Positions 30,064 through 39,166 are shown, counted from the first letter of the stretch. The stretch: DNA of 43,756 bases from Coleofasciculus chthonoplastes F2-STO-03 (GCA_040222015.1 JAVJWO010000055.1:1-43756), one strand, 5' to 3'. Translations and numbers: made by a program. The notes: generated by a model from the sequence alone, not told the origin.

Positions 30064-30372
30064 ATGGGAAAAGCAGGCACAGTGTTAAAGCAGGTGTTAG
30101 ATACCTATCGCATTAGCCAAAATAAGTTGGCGGTGGCGATGGGTATTGGACGTTCCAGTATCAACCGTTGGGTTAATGAAAATCGAGATCCATCCGGTGA
30201 TGCCATCCTAGAAATTAGGAAGGGACTGAATACGATTAATCCGGCAGCAGCCGAGGAGTTTATTGGCTTGTATTTGGATGAGTCATTTGCCTCTGGCACT
30301 ATAGAAACCATGTTAGGGGATGCGCTGTTACGCAGTCATAAGCTTTTGATACAGTTTTTTGTGATAACATAA
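30064..30372 (+). CDS. XRE-family HTH regulator, third module with read-through tail
   Basis: MGKAGTVLKQVLDTYRISQNKLAVAMGIGRSSINRWV; ATG 30064 aligns with module 1. Confidence 0.88.
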   Translation: MGKAGTVLKQVLDTYRISQNKLAVAMGIGRSSINRWVNENRDPSGDAILEIRKGLNTINPAAAEEFIGLYLDESFASGTIETMLGDALLRSHKLLIQFFVIT

Positions 30373-30411
30373 ACGAAGATTCCATCACTTCAGGCTAAAA
30401 AGGGAGAAACC

Positions 30412-31308
30412 ATGAAGTTTATCAGTCCCAAGGTCGATTATGCCTTTAAGAAAATATTCGGTTCCGAGCAAAGCAAAGAGATATTAATCAGCTTTCTCAA
30501 TGCCATTATTTATGGAGAGGAAAAAATTATCCAATCGTTAACCATTGTCAATCCCTATAATCCGGGTCAGGCAATGACATTAAAAGATACTTATCTGGAT
30601 ATTAAAGCTGTTTTATATGATGGATCTATTGTAGTAATTGAAATGCAAATAGCGCGGGTAAGTGCTTTTAGTAAACGGGTAATTTATAACTTGAGTAAAG
30701 CTTATAGCAATCAACTAGGAATTGGAGAAGAGTATCTCAGTCTCACTCCAGTAATTGCGGTAACAATTACCGACTTTATCCTGTTTAACCAGACTCCCGA
30801 TGTGATTAATCAATTTGTCTTTCAGGAAAAAAACAAAAAATTTGAATATCCTGATGTAGAATTGCAACTCATTTTTATAGAATTGCCCAAATTCAAGAAA
30901 ACCCTGTCAGAATTAAACAGTTTAAGTGATAAGTGGATTTATTTTATTAAAGAAGCTGCTACCTTGGATACAATACCAGATATTTTAGGCGAAGTTAGTG
31001 AGATAGAACTCGCTTTAAATATTGCCAACCAAGCTAAAATGACGGTGGAAGAATTAGAAGTAGTTGATCGCAGAGGGATAATGTTACAAGATGAGAAAGG
31101 GAGGATAACTTATGCAGAAGAACAAGGGCGAATTAAACAAACTATTGCTCTCGCTATGCGTTTACTAAAAAAGCGTTTTGGAGAAATTCCAGTTGCAATA
31201 ACCAGTAGAGTTGGAAATTTATCTCTTGAAAATTTGGAAAGTTTAACAGAGGATATTTTAGATTTTGAGAGTTTACAGGATGTGGAAAGTTGGCTAGAGG
31301 GGCGATAA
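30412..31308 (+). CDS. Rpn-family PD-(D/E)XK nuclease/putative transposase with DUF4351-like C-terminus
   Basis: MKFISPKVDYAFKKIFG, LDIKA, IEMQ, FIELPKF, DKWIYF; tail LLKKRFG...LESLTEDILDF. Confidence 0.9.
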   Translation: MKFISPKVDYAFKKIFGSEQSKEILISFLNAIIYGEEKIIQSLTIVNPYNPGQAMTLKDTYLDIKAVLYDGSIVVIEMQIARVSAFSKRVIYNLSKAYSNQLGIGEEYLSLTPVIAVTITDFILFNQTPDVINQFVFQEKNKKFEYPDVELQLIFIELPKFKKTLSELNSLSDKWIYFIKEAATLDTIPDILGEVSEIELALNIANQAKMTVEELEVVDRRGIMLQDEKGRITYAEEQGRIKQTIALAMRLLKKRFGEIPVAITSRVGNLSLENLESLTEDILDFESLQDVESWLEGR

Positions 31309-31444
31309 GTCCGTAGGTAAGCATTCAAGTAAAAGAGTTGGGGATGTAGCCAGGGAAATCGCGTCAGTTCAATCAATCGATTCAGCATCAGATCAATGGC
31401 ACTGAAAATTTACCTTTTGGGATCACCGAAACTCTTGATATACC

Positions 31445-31465
31445 GTAGGGTGGGCACTGCCCACC
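31445..31465 (+). repeat. GTAG-type REP-like palindrome
   Basis: gtag-ggtgggcactgcccacc. Confidence 0.75.
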
Positions 31466-31563
31466 AGAATATGAGGAGCGTGCGATTCAGCATAAGATAG
31501 AGAGAACATAACTCATCCAAGCTGGTTATCAACTCACAGTTTTTCAGACACGAAAAAGCACCA

Positions 31564-31959
31564 ATGGCTGAACTCACCATTCACGTACCAGACGAACTGG
31601 CTCAACGCCTAGAACCCCTTCGGGAGCGTCTCCCCGAATTACTACAGCGTCTCGTAGAAACCGTTCCCCCCAGAATTCCTTTACCTAACCAAATCTCATC
31701 TGTTACTAGCCCAACAGATGCTCCAATTGCATACACTGAAGCTCTAGACTTTCTGATCACCCGCCCTACTCCTCCTACTCCTCAAGAAATCACTACCTTT
31801 AAAGTTTCCGCAGAAGCTCAAGAACGTCTCCGCACGCTGCTAGACAAAAACCGAGAAGGAACACTCACAGAAGCTGAAGCAACAGAACTTGATTTATATG
31901 AGCAGTTAGAGCATCTGATGATTCTGCTTAAAGCCAAAGCTTATGACTTAATCGGATAA
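31564..31959 (+). CDS. Putative antitoxin-like protein (type usually paired with an HNH endonuclease)
   Basis: RHH-like start MAELTIHVPDELAQRL; C-terminus QERLRTLLDKNREGTLTEAEATELD. Confidence 0.75.
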   Translation: MAELTIHVPDELAQRLEPLRERLPELLQRLVETVPPRIPLPNQISSVTSPTDAPIAYTEALDFLITRPTPPTPQEITTFKVSAEAQERLRTLLDKNREGTLTEAEATELDLYEQLEHLMILLKAKAYDLIG

Positions 31960-32096
31960 ATGACTCCTTCCTCGATTTATCCTTGCCTACGTTAGCTCAA
32001 TCAATCGATTCAGATTATCATAAAGAGAGCATAGCTAATCCACTCTGGCTGTTGTCGAGTTCAACTTACCGTGCAGAAAGTCGATAGAAATAACCC

Positions 32097-33113
32097 ATGC
32101 TAAACAGCCTTCAACTCAAAAATTTTGGTCCGATAGACCAGCTTAAGTGTGAACACTTAGGCAATATTAACTTAATTATTGGTGAAAATAGCACAGGTAA
32201 AACAATATTACTCAAGGCTCTTTACAGTGCCATGCGAACCTTGGAAACCTATAAACGGGGCAATGAACCGCGCAGCGCTGAAGAAATACTGGCAGACAAA
32301 CTTTACTGGACATTCGAGACGGAGAAAATCGGCGAACTCGTGAGAAAGGGAGCCGCTGAACCTTTATCGTTCCAGATTCACTTTGATAATCAAAAATTCA
32401 TCTATACTTTTGGCAGAGATACAACCAAGACTATTCAAAACTTAGACAATCATGTTCCACCCCGCCAGAGTAACTCAATTTTTTTACCCGCCAAAGAAGT
32501 TATTTCTATGCACTCAATTATTTTAGAAACTCGTGAACAAGACAAAACATTTGGGTTTGATGATACCTACCTGGATCTAGCCCGCGCCTTGCGTAAATCT
32601 CCTAAAGGTGGCAAAAATTATAGAGAATTTGCTGAATCGCGAAGCAACCTAAAAGATATCTTAGACGGCAAAATTGAGTATGACGAAAGTTCAGGAATTT
32701 GGCAATTTAAGAAAGGACATCAAAAGTTCTCTATTGGAGTGACGGCAGAAGGCATCAAGAAAATTTCGATTCTCGATACTTTACTCGGAAACCGCTATCT
32801 TGATCCGCAATCAATCATTTTTATTGACGAGCCAGAAGCCGCTTTGCATCCAAACGCCATTTCCAAATTATTTGACATTATCGCTATGTTAGCGAAGTGC
32901 GGAATCCAGTTTTTCATGGCAAGTCACTCTTACTTTGTGATCAAAAAATTATTTCTCATCGCTCAACAACAAAATGAAATCTCAATCAAAATTATTTCAA
33001 CTAATCCTGAACAGTGGGCTATTGCCGATCTAAAAGATGGTTTGCCGAGTAATCCTATCATTGATGAATCTATCCAACTTTACAAAGAAGAAGTGGGGCT
33101 GGCTTTTCAATGA
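32097..33113 (+). CDS. ABC/AAA_15-AAA_21-type ATPase (defence-associated type)
   Basis: LKNFGPI start, Walker A GENSTGKT, signature-like AEGIKK, Walker B IFIDEPE, H-loop SHS. Confidence 0.9.
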   Translation: MLNSLQLKNFGPIDQLKCEHLGNINLIIGENSTGKTILLKALYSAMRTLETYKRGNEPRSAEEILADKLYWTFETEKIGELVRKGAAEPLSFQIHFDNQKFIYTFGRDTTKTIQNLDNHVPPRQSNSIFLPAKEVISMHSIILETREQDKTFGFDDTYLDLARALRKSPKGGKNYREFAESRSNLKDILDGKIEYDESSGIWQFKKGHQKFSIGVTAEGIKKISILDTLLGNRYLDPQSIIFIDEPEAALHPNAISKLFDIIAMLAKCGIQFFMASHSYFVIKKLFLIAQQQNEISIKIISTNPEQWAIADLKDGLPSNPIIDESIQLYKEEVGLAFQ

Positions 33114-33625
33114 CCACTCAACCGATTATTGAATCTGGAATGACGTTCGGATTTTATCCAGAAGGACATTGCTTCCATATTGAAAAAAGTCAAACCTACC
33201 AAGACATTCAGGAAGGCGTTAAGATAGCAGAGCTTTTGTTGCTATATCCTCCCAATTCACTCAAGGTATGGATTATTGAAGCAAAATCTAGCTCACCTCG
33301 TCCTGAAACACAACCAGGGTTTGACGATTTTATCGAAGAAATCAGAGAGAAATTGACGAACGGGCTGAATCTCTGTATGGCAACTTGTTTAAAACGCCAT
33401 GCAACATGGACAGAATTACCTTCTCTCTTTCAGACACTCGATTTAGAAAAAATTGATTTTCGCTTACTATTAGTGATCAATGGACATAAAGAAGAATGGC
33501 TTCCACCATTACAGGACGCCCTAAAAAAAGCACTAAACTCGACTGTTAAAACTTGGCATTTATCGGCAAATTATGTAGTCGTGCTAAATCACACATTAGC
33601 TCAACAACAAGGAGTAATTCGCTAA
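33110..33625 (+). CDS. Hypothetical protein, possible PD-(D/E)XK-like nuclease, translationally coupled to the ATPase
   Basis: ATGA overlap with the ATPase stop; IAELLL...VWIIEAKSS motif. Confidence 0.8.
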   Translation: MTTQPIIESGMTFGFYPEGHCFHIEKSQTYQDIQEGVKIAELLLLYPPNSLKVWIIEAKSSSPRPETQPGFDDFIEEIREKLTNGLNLCMATCLKRHATWTELPSLFQTLDLEKIDFRLLLVINGHKEEWLPPLQDALKKALNSTVKTWHLSANYVVVLNHTLAQQQGVIR

Positions 33626-33628
33626 GGG

Positions 33629-33814
33629 TTAAATACAAATTAATGCAGTGAATAGAAATAACAATCCACTTCCACAACCTAAATCCACCACTAAGCCTTC
33701 CCGTATTTGGTGTTGCGCGAGGATTGCCAATATACCAGGCGCAGATTTCAGGGCGTAATCCCGGAAACCGACATCGTGGATATATGGCAAGTCTTCTTTG
33801 TACCATGTTTCCAT
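33629..33814 (-). pseudogene. 3'-truncated class I SAM-dependent methyltransferase
   Basis: YKEDLPYIHDVGF...LVVDLGCGSG motif I, then stops ~11 codons later. Confidence 0.85.
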
Positions 33815-33870
33815 ACCCTCTCACCGCTAACCCCGCTACACCCTCTAGATTATCGGTTCACTATGACAAA

Positions 33871-33933
33871 GGGCGGGTTTTGTTGAAAGGTTATTGGTAG
33901 ATATCCTAATTAAACGGCTAAACCCGCCCCTAC
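33871..33933 (-). repeat. GTAG-type REP-like long palindrome
   Basis: gggcgggttt...aaacccgcccctac. Confidence 0.8.
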
Positions 33934-34117
33934 AACTGACTGATTACGTCTTTAAGGTTGCACCAACCAACGCCCTTGATTATTGCCGATTAAATCAGAA
34001 CCCATAAATAGATCCATTAAATTTTGTTACGATAAACACGGATAGAGAGTCAGCGGCGCACCTAAAACGTCTGATCGCTCAATCTCCCTGCTGTAATCTG
34101 CTTGAGACAATACACCC

Positions 34118-35818
34118 ATGCTGAGACTAGAACACATTAGTAAAATTTATCCCACTGGCGAAGTTCTCAAGGATGTCAACTGGGAAGTCAAACCGGGCGA
34201 TCGCATCGGCTTAGTTGGCGTTAATGGTGCGGGTAAATCTACTCAACTCAAGATTATTGCGGGGGAGATAGAACCCACGGATGGGGAAGTGATTCGCCCG
34301 ACGAGTCTCCACATCGCTTACCTCACCCAAGAATTTGAAGTTGATCCCAGTCGCACGGTGCGTGAAGAGTTTTGGACGGTATTTACACAAGCCAACCAAG
34401 TACAGCATAATCTGGCGCAGGTGCAACGGGACATGGAAACCGCTGATCCCGATCAACTCGATCGCCTAATCCACAAGCTGGATAAATTGCAGCGTCAGTT
34501 TGAAGCCCTCGATGGGTACTCTCTAGAAGCGCAAATCGAGAAGATATTACCCGAAATGGGATTTGCCCCTGAAGACGGCGATCGCTTAGTTAGCGCGTTC
34601 AGTGGTGGTTGGCAAATGCGGATGAGTTTGGGCAAAATCCTGCTGCAAAGCCCTGACATCCTCCTATTGGATGAACCGACAAACCACATCGATTTAGAAA
34701 CCATCGAATGGTTAGAAAATTACCTAAAAGGATTAAAAACCCCGATGGTGATAGTATCCCATGACCGGGAATTTCTAGATCGCCTCTGTACCCAGATTGT
34801 GGAAACTGAACGCGGCGTCTCTACCACCTACCTGGGTAATTATTCGGCGTACTTGCAGCAAAAAGCTGAGATGCAAGAATCCCAACTCAGCTCCTATGAG
34901 CGTCAACAAAAAGAACTGGAAAAGCAGCAAGCCTTTGTTGAACGATTCCGCGCTAGTGCAACCCGCAGCACCCAAGCAAAAAGCCGTGAGAAACAGTTAG
35001 AAAAAGTTGAACGCATTGAAGCACCAACGGGTAGCTTAAAAAGCTTACATTTTCGCTTTCCCCCAGCCCCTCGGAGTGGTCGCGAGGTTGTCAATATTAA
35101 GGAATTGGTACATACCTACGACGACAAGATTCTTTTCCTCGGTGCAGACTTGCTAGTTGAACGGGGCGATCGCATCGCTTTCTTGGGACCAAATGGCTCA
35201 GGAAAATCCACACTATTACACCTGATGATGGGGATGGAAAACGCCACGGAAGGGATTGTGGAACTGGGTAAGCATAATGTGATACCCGGCTATTTTGAGC
35301 AAAATCAAGCTGAAGCGCTGGAGTCAACTAAAACCGTCATGGAAACAATTCATGATGAGGTTCCCGATTGGAAAAATGAAGAGGTTCGCACTTTATTAGG
35401 GCGATTTCTCTTCAGTGGTGAAACCGTATTCAAAAAAGTCGAATCCTTGAGTGGGGGGGAAAAAGCGCGTCTGGCGTTAGCCAAAATGCTGCTGCGTCCC
35501 GCGAATTTACTCCTATTGGATGAGCCAACCAATCACCTGGATATTCCCGCCAAAGAAATGTTAGAGGAAGCCCTCCAGCATTATGACGGCACCGTGATTA
35601 TTGTCTCCCACGACCGTTATTTTATTTCCCAAGTGGCGACGAAAATTGTAGAAATTCGTGATGGCGAGTTTCGGACTTATCTAGGCGATTACCACTACTA
35701 TCTGGATAAAATCGCCGAGGAGAAAGAACAGGCACGATTAGCCGCGATCGCAGCCGAAAAAGCCGCCAAGAAAGCTGAGAAAGCAGCGAAGAAAAAAGCA
35801 GCCGCCAAACGTCGATAA
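34118..35818 (+). CDS. ABC-F family ribosome-associated ATPase
   Basis: Two NBDs (GVNGAGKS, FSGGW, LDEPTNH; GPNGSGKS, LSGGE, LDEPTNH), no TM domain. Confidence 0.96.
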   Translation: MLRLEHISKIYPTGEVLKDVNWEVKPGDRIGLVGVNGAGKSTQLKIIAGEIEPTDGEVIRPTSLHIAYLTQEFEVDPSRTVREEFWTVFTQANQVQHNLAQVQRDMETADPDQLDRLIHKLDKLQRQFEALDGYSLEAQIEKILPEMGFAPEDGDRLVSAFSGGWQMRMSLGKILLQSPDILLLDEPTNHIDLETIEWLENYLKGLKTPMVIVSHDREFLDRLCTQIVETERGVSTTYLGNYSAYLQQKAEMQESQLSSYERQQKELEKQQAFVERFRASATRSTQAKSREKQLEKVERIEAPTGSLKSLHFRFPPAPRSGREVVNIKELVHTYDDKILFLGADLLVERGDRIAFLGPNGSGKSTLLHLMMGMENATEGIVELGKHNVIPGYFEQNQAEALESTKTVMETIHDEVPDWKNEEVRTLLGRFLFSGETVFKKVESLSGGEKARLALAKMLLRPANLLLLDEPTNHLDIPAKEMLEEALQHYDGTVIIVSHDRYFISQVATKIVEIRDGEFRTYLGDYHYYLDKIAEEKEQARLAAIAAEKAAKKAEKAAKKKAAAKRR

Positions 35819-35935
35819 AACATTTAGGACGAATTTCACGATCCAGTCAGCCCTCAACTAAAGTTGGGGCTAAAAGCTTAAACCCGTTGAAACTGGTTCA
35901 CAGAATTCTGACTTTTCACGGTATGTGGTGCCTCT

Positions 35936-35998
35936 GTAGGGGCGGGTTTCACGACTATCTTTTCGGTCGCAACCCGATGTAAATAAACCCGCCCCGAC
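35936..35998 (+). repeat. GTAG-type REP-like long palindrome
   Basis: gtaggggcgggttt...aaacccgccccgac. Confidence 0.8.
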
Positions 35999-36353
35999 TC
36001 AGGTTTTTAGACTTCCCCTGAAAAGTCACTCAAAGAATTTCCCCGTAAGCTCGATGCTTACTTTAGCTTTGACGCAGAAACGAAATTTCCGGCTATGGGA
36101 GTTAGCGACATTCTTCTTATAGTCACCTGACTCATGACCAAGAGTTAGCTAGTTGAGAATAGTGTCAACAAGTATCCTCTGCAAAGAGCTGATCGAGAAC
36201 AATGATTCCTGAGAAAGAAAATAGACCGAAGAAGCTGCTAAATTCTCCGGCAAAATGCCTAAAAAGTCAAACGAAAGGCAAAAATTAGCCATCAAATCAA
36301 GAAACTAATGATATCATGGCGGTGAAATTAGTGTAGGAATAAAGAGCGATACT

Positions 36354-37952
36354 ATGATGCAAGCACCTGTATCTCCTGTGGTGCTAGTCATCTTGGACGG
36401 CTGGGGCTACAGCAATGCAAGGGATGGAAATGCCATTGCCATGGCTCGAACCCCTGTGATGGATAGCCTGTTGACGGCTTATCCCAGTACAACTATTCGC
36501 ACCTCTGGCAAAGATGTTGGTCTACCAGAGGGTCAAATGGGTAACTCGGAAGTGGGTCACCTGAATATCGGTGCTGGGCGTGTCGTCCCCCAAGAACTAG
36601 TTCGCATCTCAGATGCTGTGGAAGATGGTTCGATCAGGGAGAATGCAGCCCTGCAGAAATTGAGCCAAGAACTGAAGCATCAAGGGGGTAAGTTACACCT
36701 AATCGGCTTATGTTCGGACGGTGGTGTGCATTCCCACATCAACCATCTGCTGGGATTACTCGATTTTGCTAAATCCCAAGGCTTCTCTGATGTTTGTGTT
36801 CACGCCCTTATGGATGGTCGTGATACCAACCCCAACTCCGGGATCAGCTATCTTCAGACCCTTCAAGAGCATATTGACAAAATTGGCATGGGACGCATTG
36901 CCACCATTAGTGGTCGCTACTATGCCATGGATCGCGATCATCGCTGGGATCGCACCCAAAAAGCTTACGATATGCTCACCCAGGATGGGAATGGGGATGG
37001 TCGAAGTGCGGTTGAGGTGATGCAAGCCTCTTATGAGGCGGAGATTACTGACGAGTTTATTCTGCCGACTCGGATTACCTCGGGTGCATTGGAACCGGGG
37101 GATGGGATAATCTTCTTTAACTTCCGTCCCGATCGCGCCCGACAACTGACCCAAGCGTTGACTGATCCGGAATTTGACGGATTTGAACGGGAACTGATTA
37201 AACCCCTAGCGTTTGTCACGTTTACCCAGTATGATCCCCATTTTCCAGTGCTAGTAGCGTTTGAGCCGCAGAACTTGAATAATATTCTCGGCGAAGTCGT
37301 TTCCCGGAATGGGTTGCGCCAATTCCGCACCGCTGAAACGGAGAAGTACGCCCATGTCACCTACTTTTTTAATGGCGGTTTAGAATTACCCTTTGAAGGA
37401 GAGGATCGGGAACTGATTCCCAGTCCGATGGTGTCAACTTATGATCGTGCCCCGGCGATGTCCGCCGTCGATGTGACGGATGTGGCGGTAAAGGCGATTA
37501 GCAAAATGATTTACTCCTTGGTGGTAATTAACTACGCCAACCCGGATATGGTGGGACATACGGGAAACATAGAGGCCTGTGTGCAAGCGATTGAAACGGT
37601 GGATCACTGCTTAGGACAGTTGATTGAAAGCATCAACAAAGTGGGCGGAACCGCGATCATTATCGCCGATCACGGGAATGCGGAATACATGCGAGATGAA
37701 CAAGGTAATGCTTGGACGGCTCACACAACCAATCCTGTACCCTTTATTCTGATAGAAGGGGAAAAAGTAAAAATCCCTGGACATGGCACGGAAGTTGCCC
37801 TCCGTAGCGATGGACGGCTGGCGGATATTGCGCCAACGATTCTGGACATCTTGAACCTGCCACAACCGGAAGAAATGACGGGACGTTCTATGATCAAACC
37901 TGTAGAGTTTGATGTGCGAAAGAATCGGACGCCAGTACGAGTTGCCTTGTAG
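36354..37952 (+). CDS. gpmI: 2,3-bisphosphoglycerate-independent phosphoglycerate mutase
   Basis: LVILDGWG, MGNSEVGH, GRYYAMDRD, AETEKYAHVT, NPDMVGHTG, ADHGNAE. Confidence 0.98.
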   Translation: MMQAPVSPVVLVILDGWGYSNARDGNAIAMARTPVMDSLLTAYPSTTIRTSGKDVGLPEGQMGNSEVGHLNIGAGRVVPQELVRISDAVEDGSIRENAALQKLSQELKHQGGKLHLIGLCSDGGVHSHINHLLGLLDFAKSQGFSDVCVHALMDGRDTNPNSGISYLQTLQEHIDKIGMGRIATISGRYYAMDRDHRWDRTQKAYDMLTQDGNGDGRSAVEVMQASYEAEITDEFILPTRITSGALEPGDGIIFFNFRPDRARQLTQALTDPEFDGFERELIKPLAFVTFTQYDPHFPVLVAFEPQNLNNILGEVVSRNGLRQFRTAETEKYAHVTYFFNGGLELPFEGEDRELIPSPMVSTYDRAPAMSAVDVTDVAVKAISKMIYSLVVINYANPDMVGHTGNIEACVQAIETVDHCLGQLIESINKVGGTAIIIADHGNAEYMRDEQGNAWTAHTTNPVPFILIEGEKVKIPGHGTEVALRSDGRLADIAPTILDILNLPQPEEMTGRSMIKPVEFDVRKNRTPVRVAL

Positions 37953-38014
37953 TCTTTGGTCTTGGACGAAAAAAGAAGACCACATTGCCATTGACACCTA
38001 AGCCATAATCAAGT

Positions 38015-38245
38015 ATGATCAGTCAAGTTCTGCAAATTATTTGGGCAGCATCTGCTCTCGGTTTGATTGTTTTAGTGTTGCTTCATAGTCCCAAAGGGGA
38101 TGGTATTGGTGGAATTGGTGGTCAAGCCCAACTGTTTACCAGTGCCAAAAGTGCCGAAACCGCCTTAAATCGGGTTACTTGGGTGCTTGCCATTATCTTT
38201 ATCGGTTTGACTATTGTTCTGAGTGCTGGGTGGTTGAATCAGTGA
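38015..38245 (+). CDS. secG: Preprotein translocase subunit SecG
   Basis: LVLLHSPKGDGIGGIGG...AETALNRVTW; follows gpmI. Confidence 0.95.
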   Translation: MISQVLQIIWAASALGLIVLVLLHSPKGDGIGGIGGQAQLFTSAKSAETALNRVTWVLAIIFIGLTIVLSAGWLNQ

Positions 38246-38284
38246 TATTTTCCCCCACTGAATCGAACAAGCAACGAATTTGGG

Positions 38285-39166
38285 ATGAGAAAAATTACCG
38301 CTCCCAAGCTGAGGCGTTTCCTCCATAGCACCAGGAAACGTCTCTTGTGGATCGCGATCTTGACTAGTGGTTTAATTCTGTTACTATCGATATCTTGGCA
38401 TATCCCTGGGATTCCGTTCTCTCTCCCAACTCCTCAACCTCACCCCCTCCCCCAAACATTGGCGCGGTGGGATGATCAAACTGGTGTCGGTGATTATTTT
38501 ACGGAGATTAAGTTAACCCCAGTGGAGTATCTGGTTTGGTCCGAGTTTCCGGTTCAGGTGTATATTGAACAACCCAGAGAATCAGCGGAATCCTCGGCTA
38601 GTGCTAAACGATTCCACGATTGGTACAATGCTGTGTTACAAGCGGTAGAGGAATGGACTGGCTATTTACCGTTACAGGTGGTTTCTGAGACAGAATCAGC
38701 AGATATTACAATTGTGCGATCGCGCCCTCCTCTGCAAGCCTCCTTTAACCAAGAAACCCAACGATTTGAGAACATTCGCGCCCGTACCGCAGAAACTCGC
38801 TACGAATTTTATCTGCGTCCCGGCGTTGAGGAATCACAACGTATCTTAGCGCACAAGTTTACTATTTATCTGAGTCCCCACCAAACGGTAGATTATACCC
38901 TAGCCACGGCTCGTCATGAATTCGGACATGCGCTGGGGATTTGGGGTCATTCTCCGGTGGAAACAGATACGATGTACTATTCTCAAGTTCGCCATCCCCC
39001 AGAAATCTCCGTGCGGGATATCAACACGTTGAAACGGATTTACCAGCAGCCTACTCGCTTAGGATGGGCGGTGACACCTACACTCGAAGCTGGGGAAGCT
39101 GGGGAAGCTGGGGAAGCTGGGGAAGCTGGGGAAGCTGGGGGAGCTGGGGAAGATAAAAATAGGTAA
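38285..39166 (+). CDS. Matrixin/M10-like zinc metallopeptidase
   Basis: HEFGHALGIWGHS and Met-turn DTMY; N-terminal TM segment. Confidence 0.9.
   Translation: MRKITAPKLRRFLHSTRKRLLWIAILTSGLILLLSISWHIPGIPFSLPTPQPHPLPQTLARWDDQTGVGDYFTEIKLTPVEYLVWSEFPVQVYIEQPRESAESSASAKRFHDWYNAVLQAVEEWTGYLPLQVVSETESADITIVRSRPPLQASFNQETQRFENIRARTAETRYEFYLRPGVEESQRILAHKFTIYLSPHQTVDYTLATARHEFGHALGIWGHSPVETDTMYYSQVRHPPEISVRDINTLKRIYQQPTRLGWAVTPTLEAGEAGEAGEAGEAGEAGGAGEDKNR
39086..39148. repeat. 9-bp tandem repeat gaagctggg x7 inside the peptidase 3' end
   Basis: Direct reading; encodes (EAG)n. Confidence 0.95.

Larger units (their letters stand above)
31362..32050 (+). repeat. Three dispersed copies of an intergenic leader repeat (31362-31393, 31483-31527, 31990-32050)
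   Basis: cgt(c/t)ag(t/c)tcaatcaatcgattcag 22/24 identical in copies A and C; cgattcagcat(c/a)agat 15/16 in A and B; B and C align ungapped for ~45 bp. Confidence 0.8.

Noticed and set aside
29516..30312. XRE array as a diversity-generating retroelement or shufflon
   Set aside because: No reverse transcriptase or invertase in the window, differences are not adenine-specific, and modules are direct rather than inverted
31396..31500. 34-codon ORF MALKIYLLGSPKLLIY between leader repeats A and B
   Set aside because: Short and runs through a REP palindrome; could be a cassette stub but cannot be supported
28715..33625. Prophage
   Set aside because: No integrase, structural, replication or lysis genes
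36721..37997. Alternative-frame and antisense ORFs within gpmI (and similar ones in cysK, lipA, ABC-F and the protease)
   Set aside because: Shadow ORFs of well-supported genes
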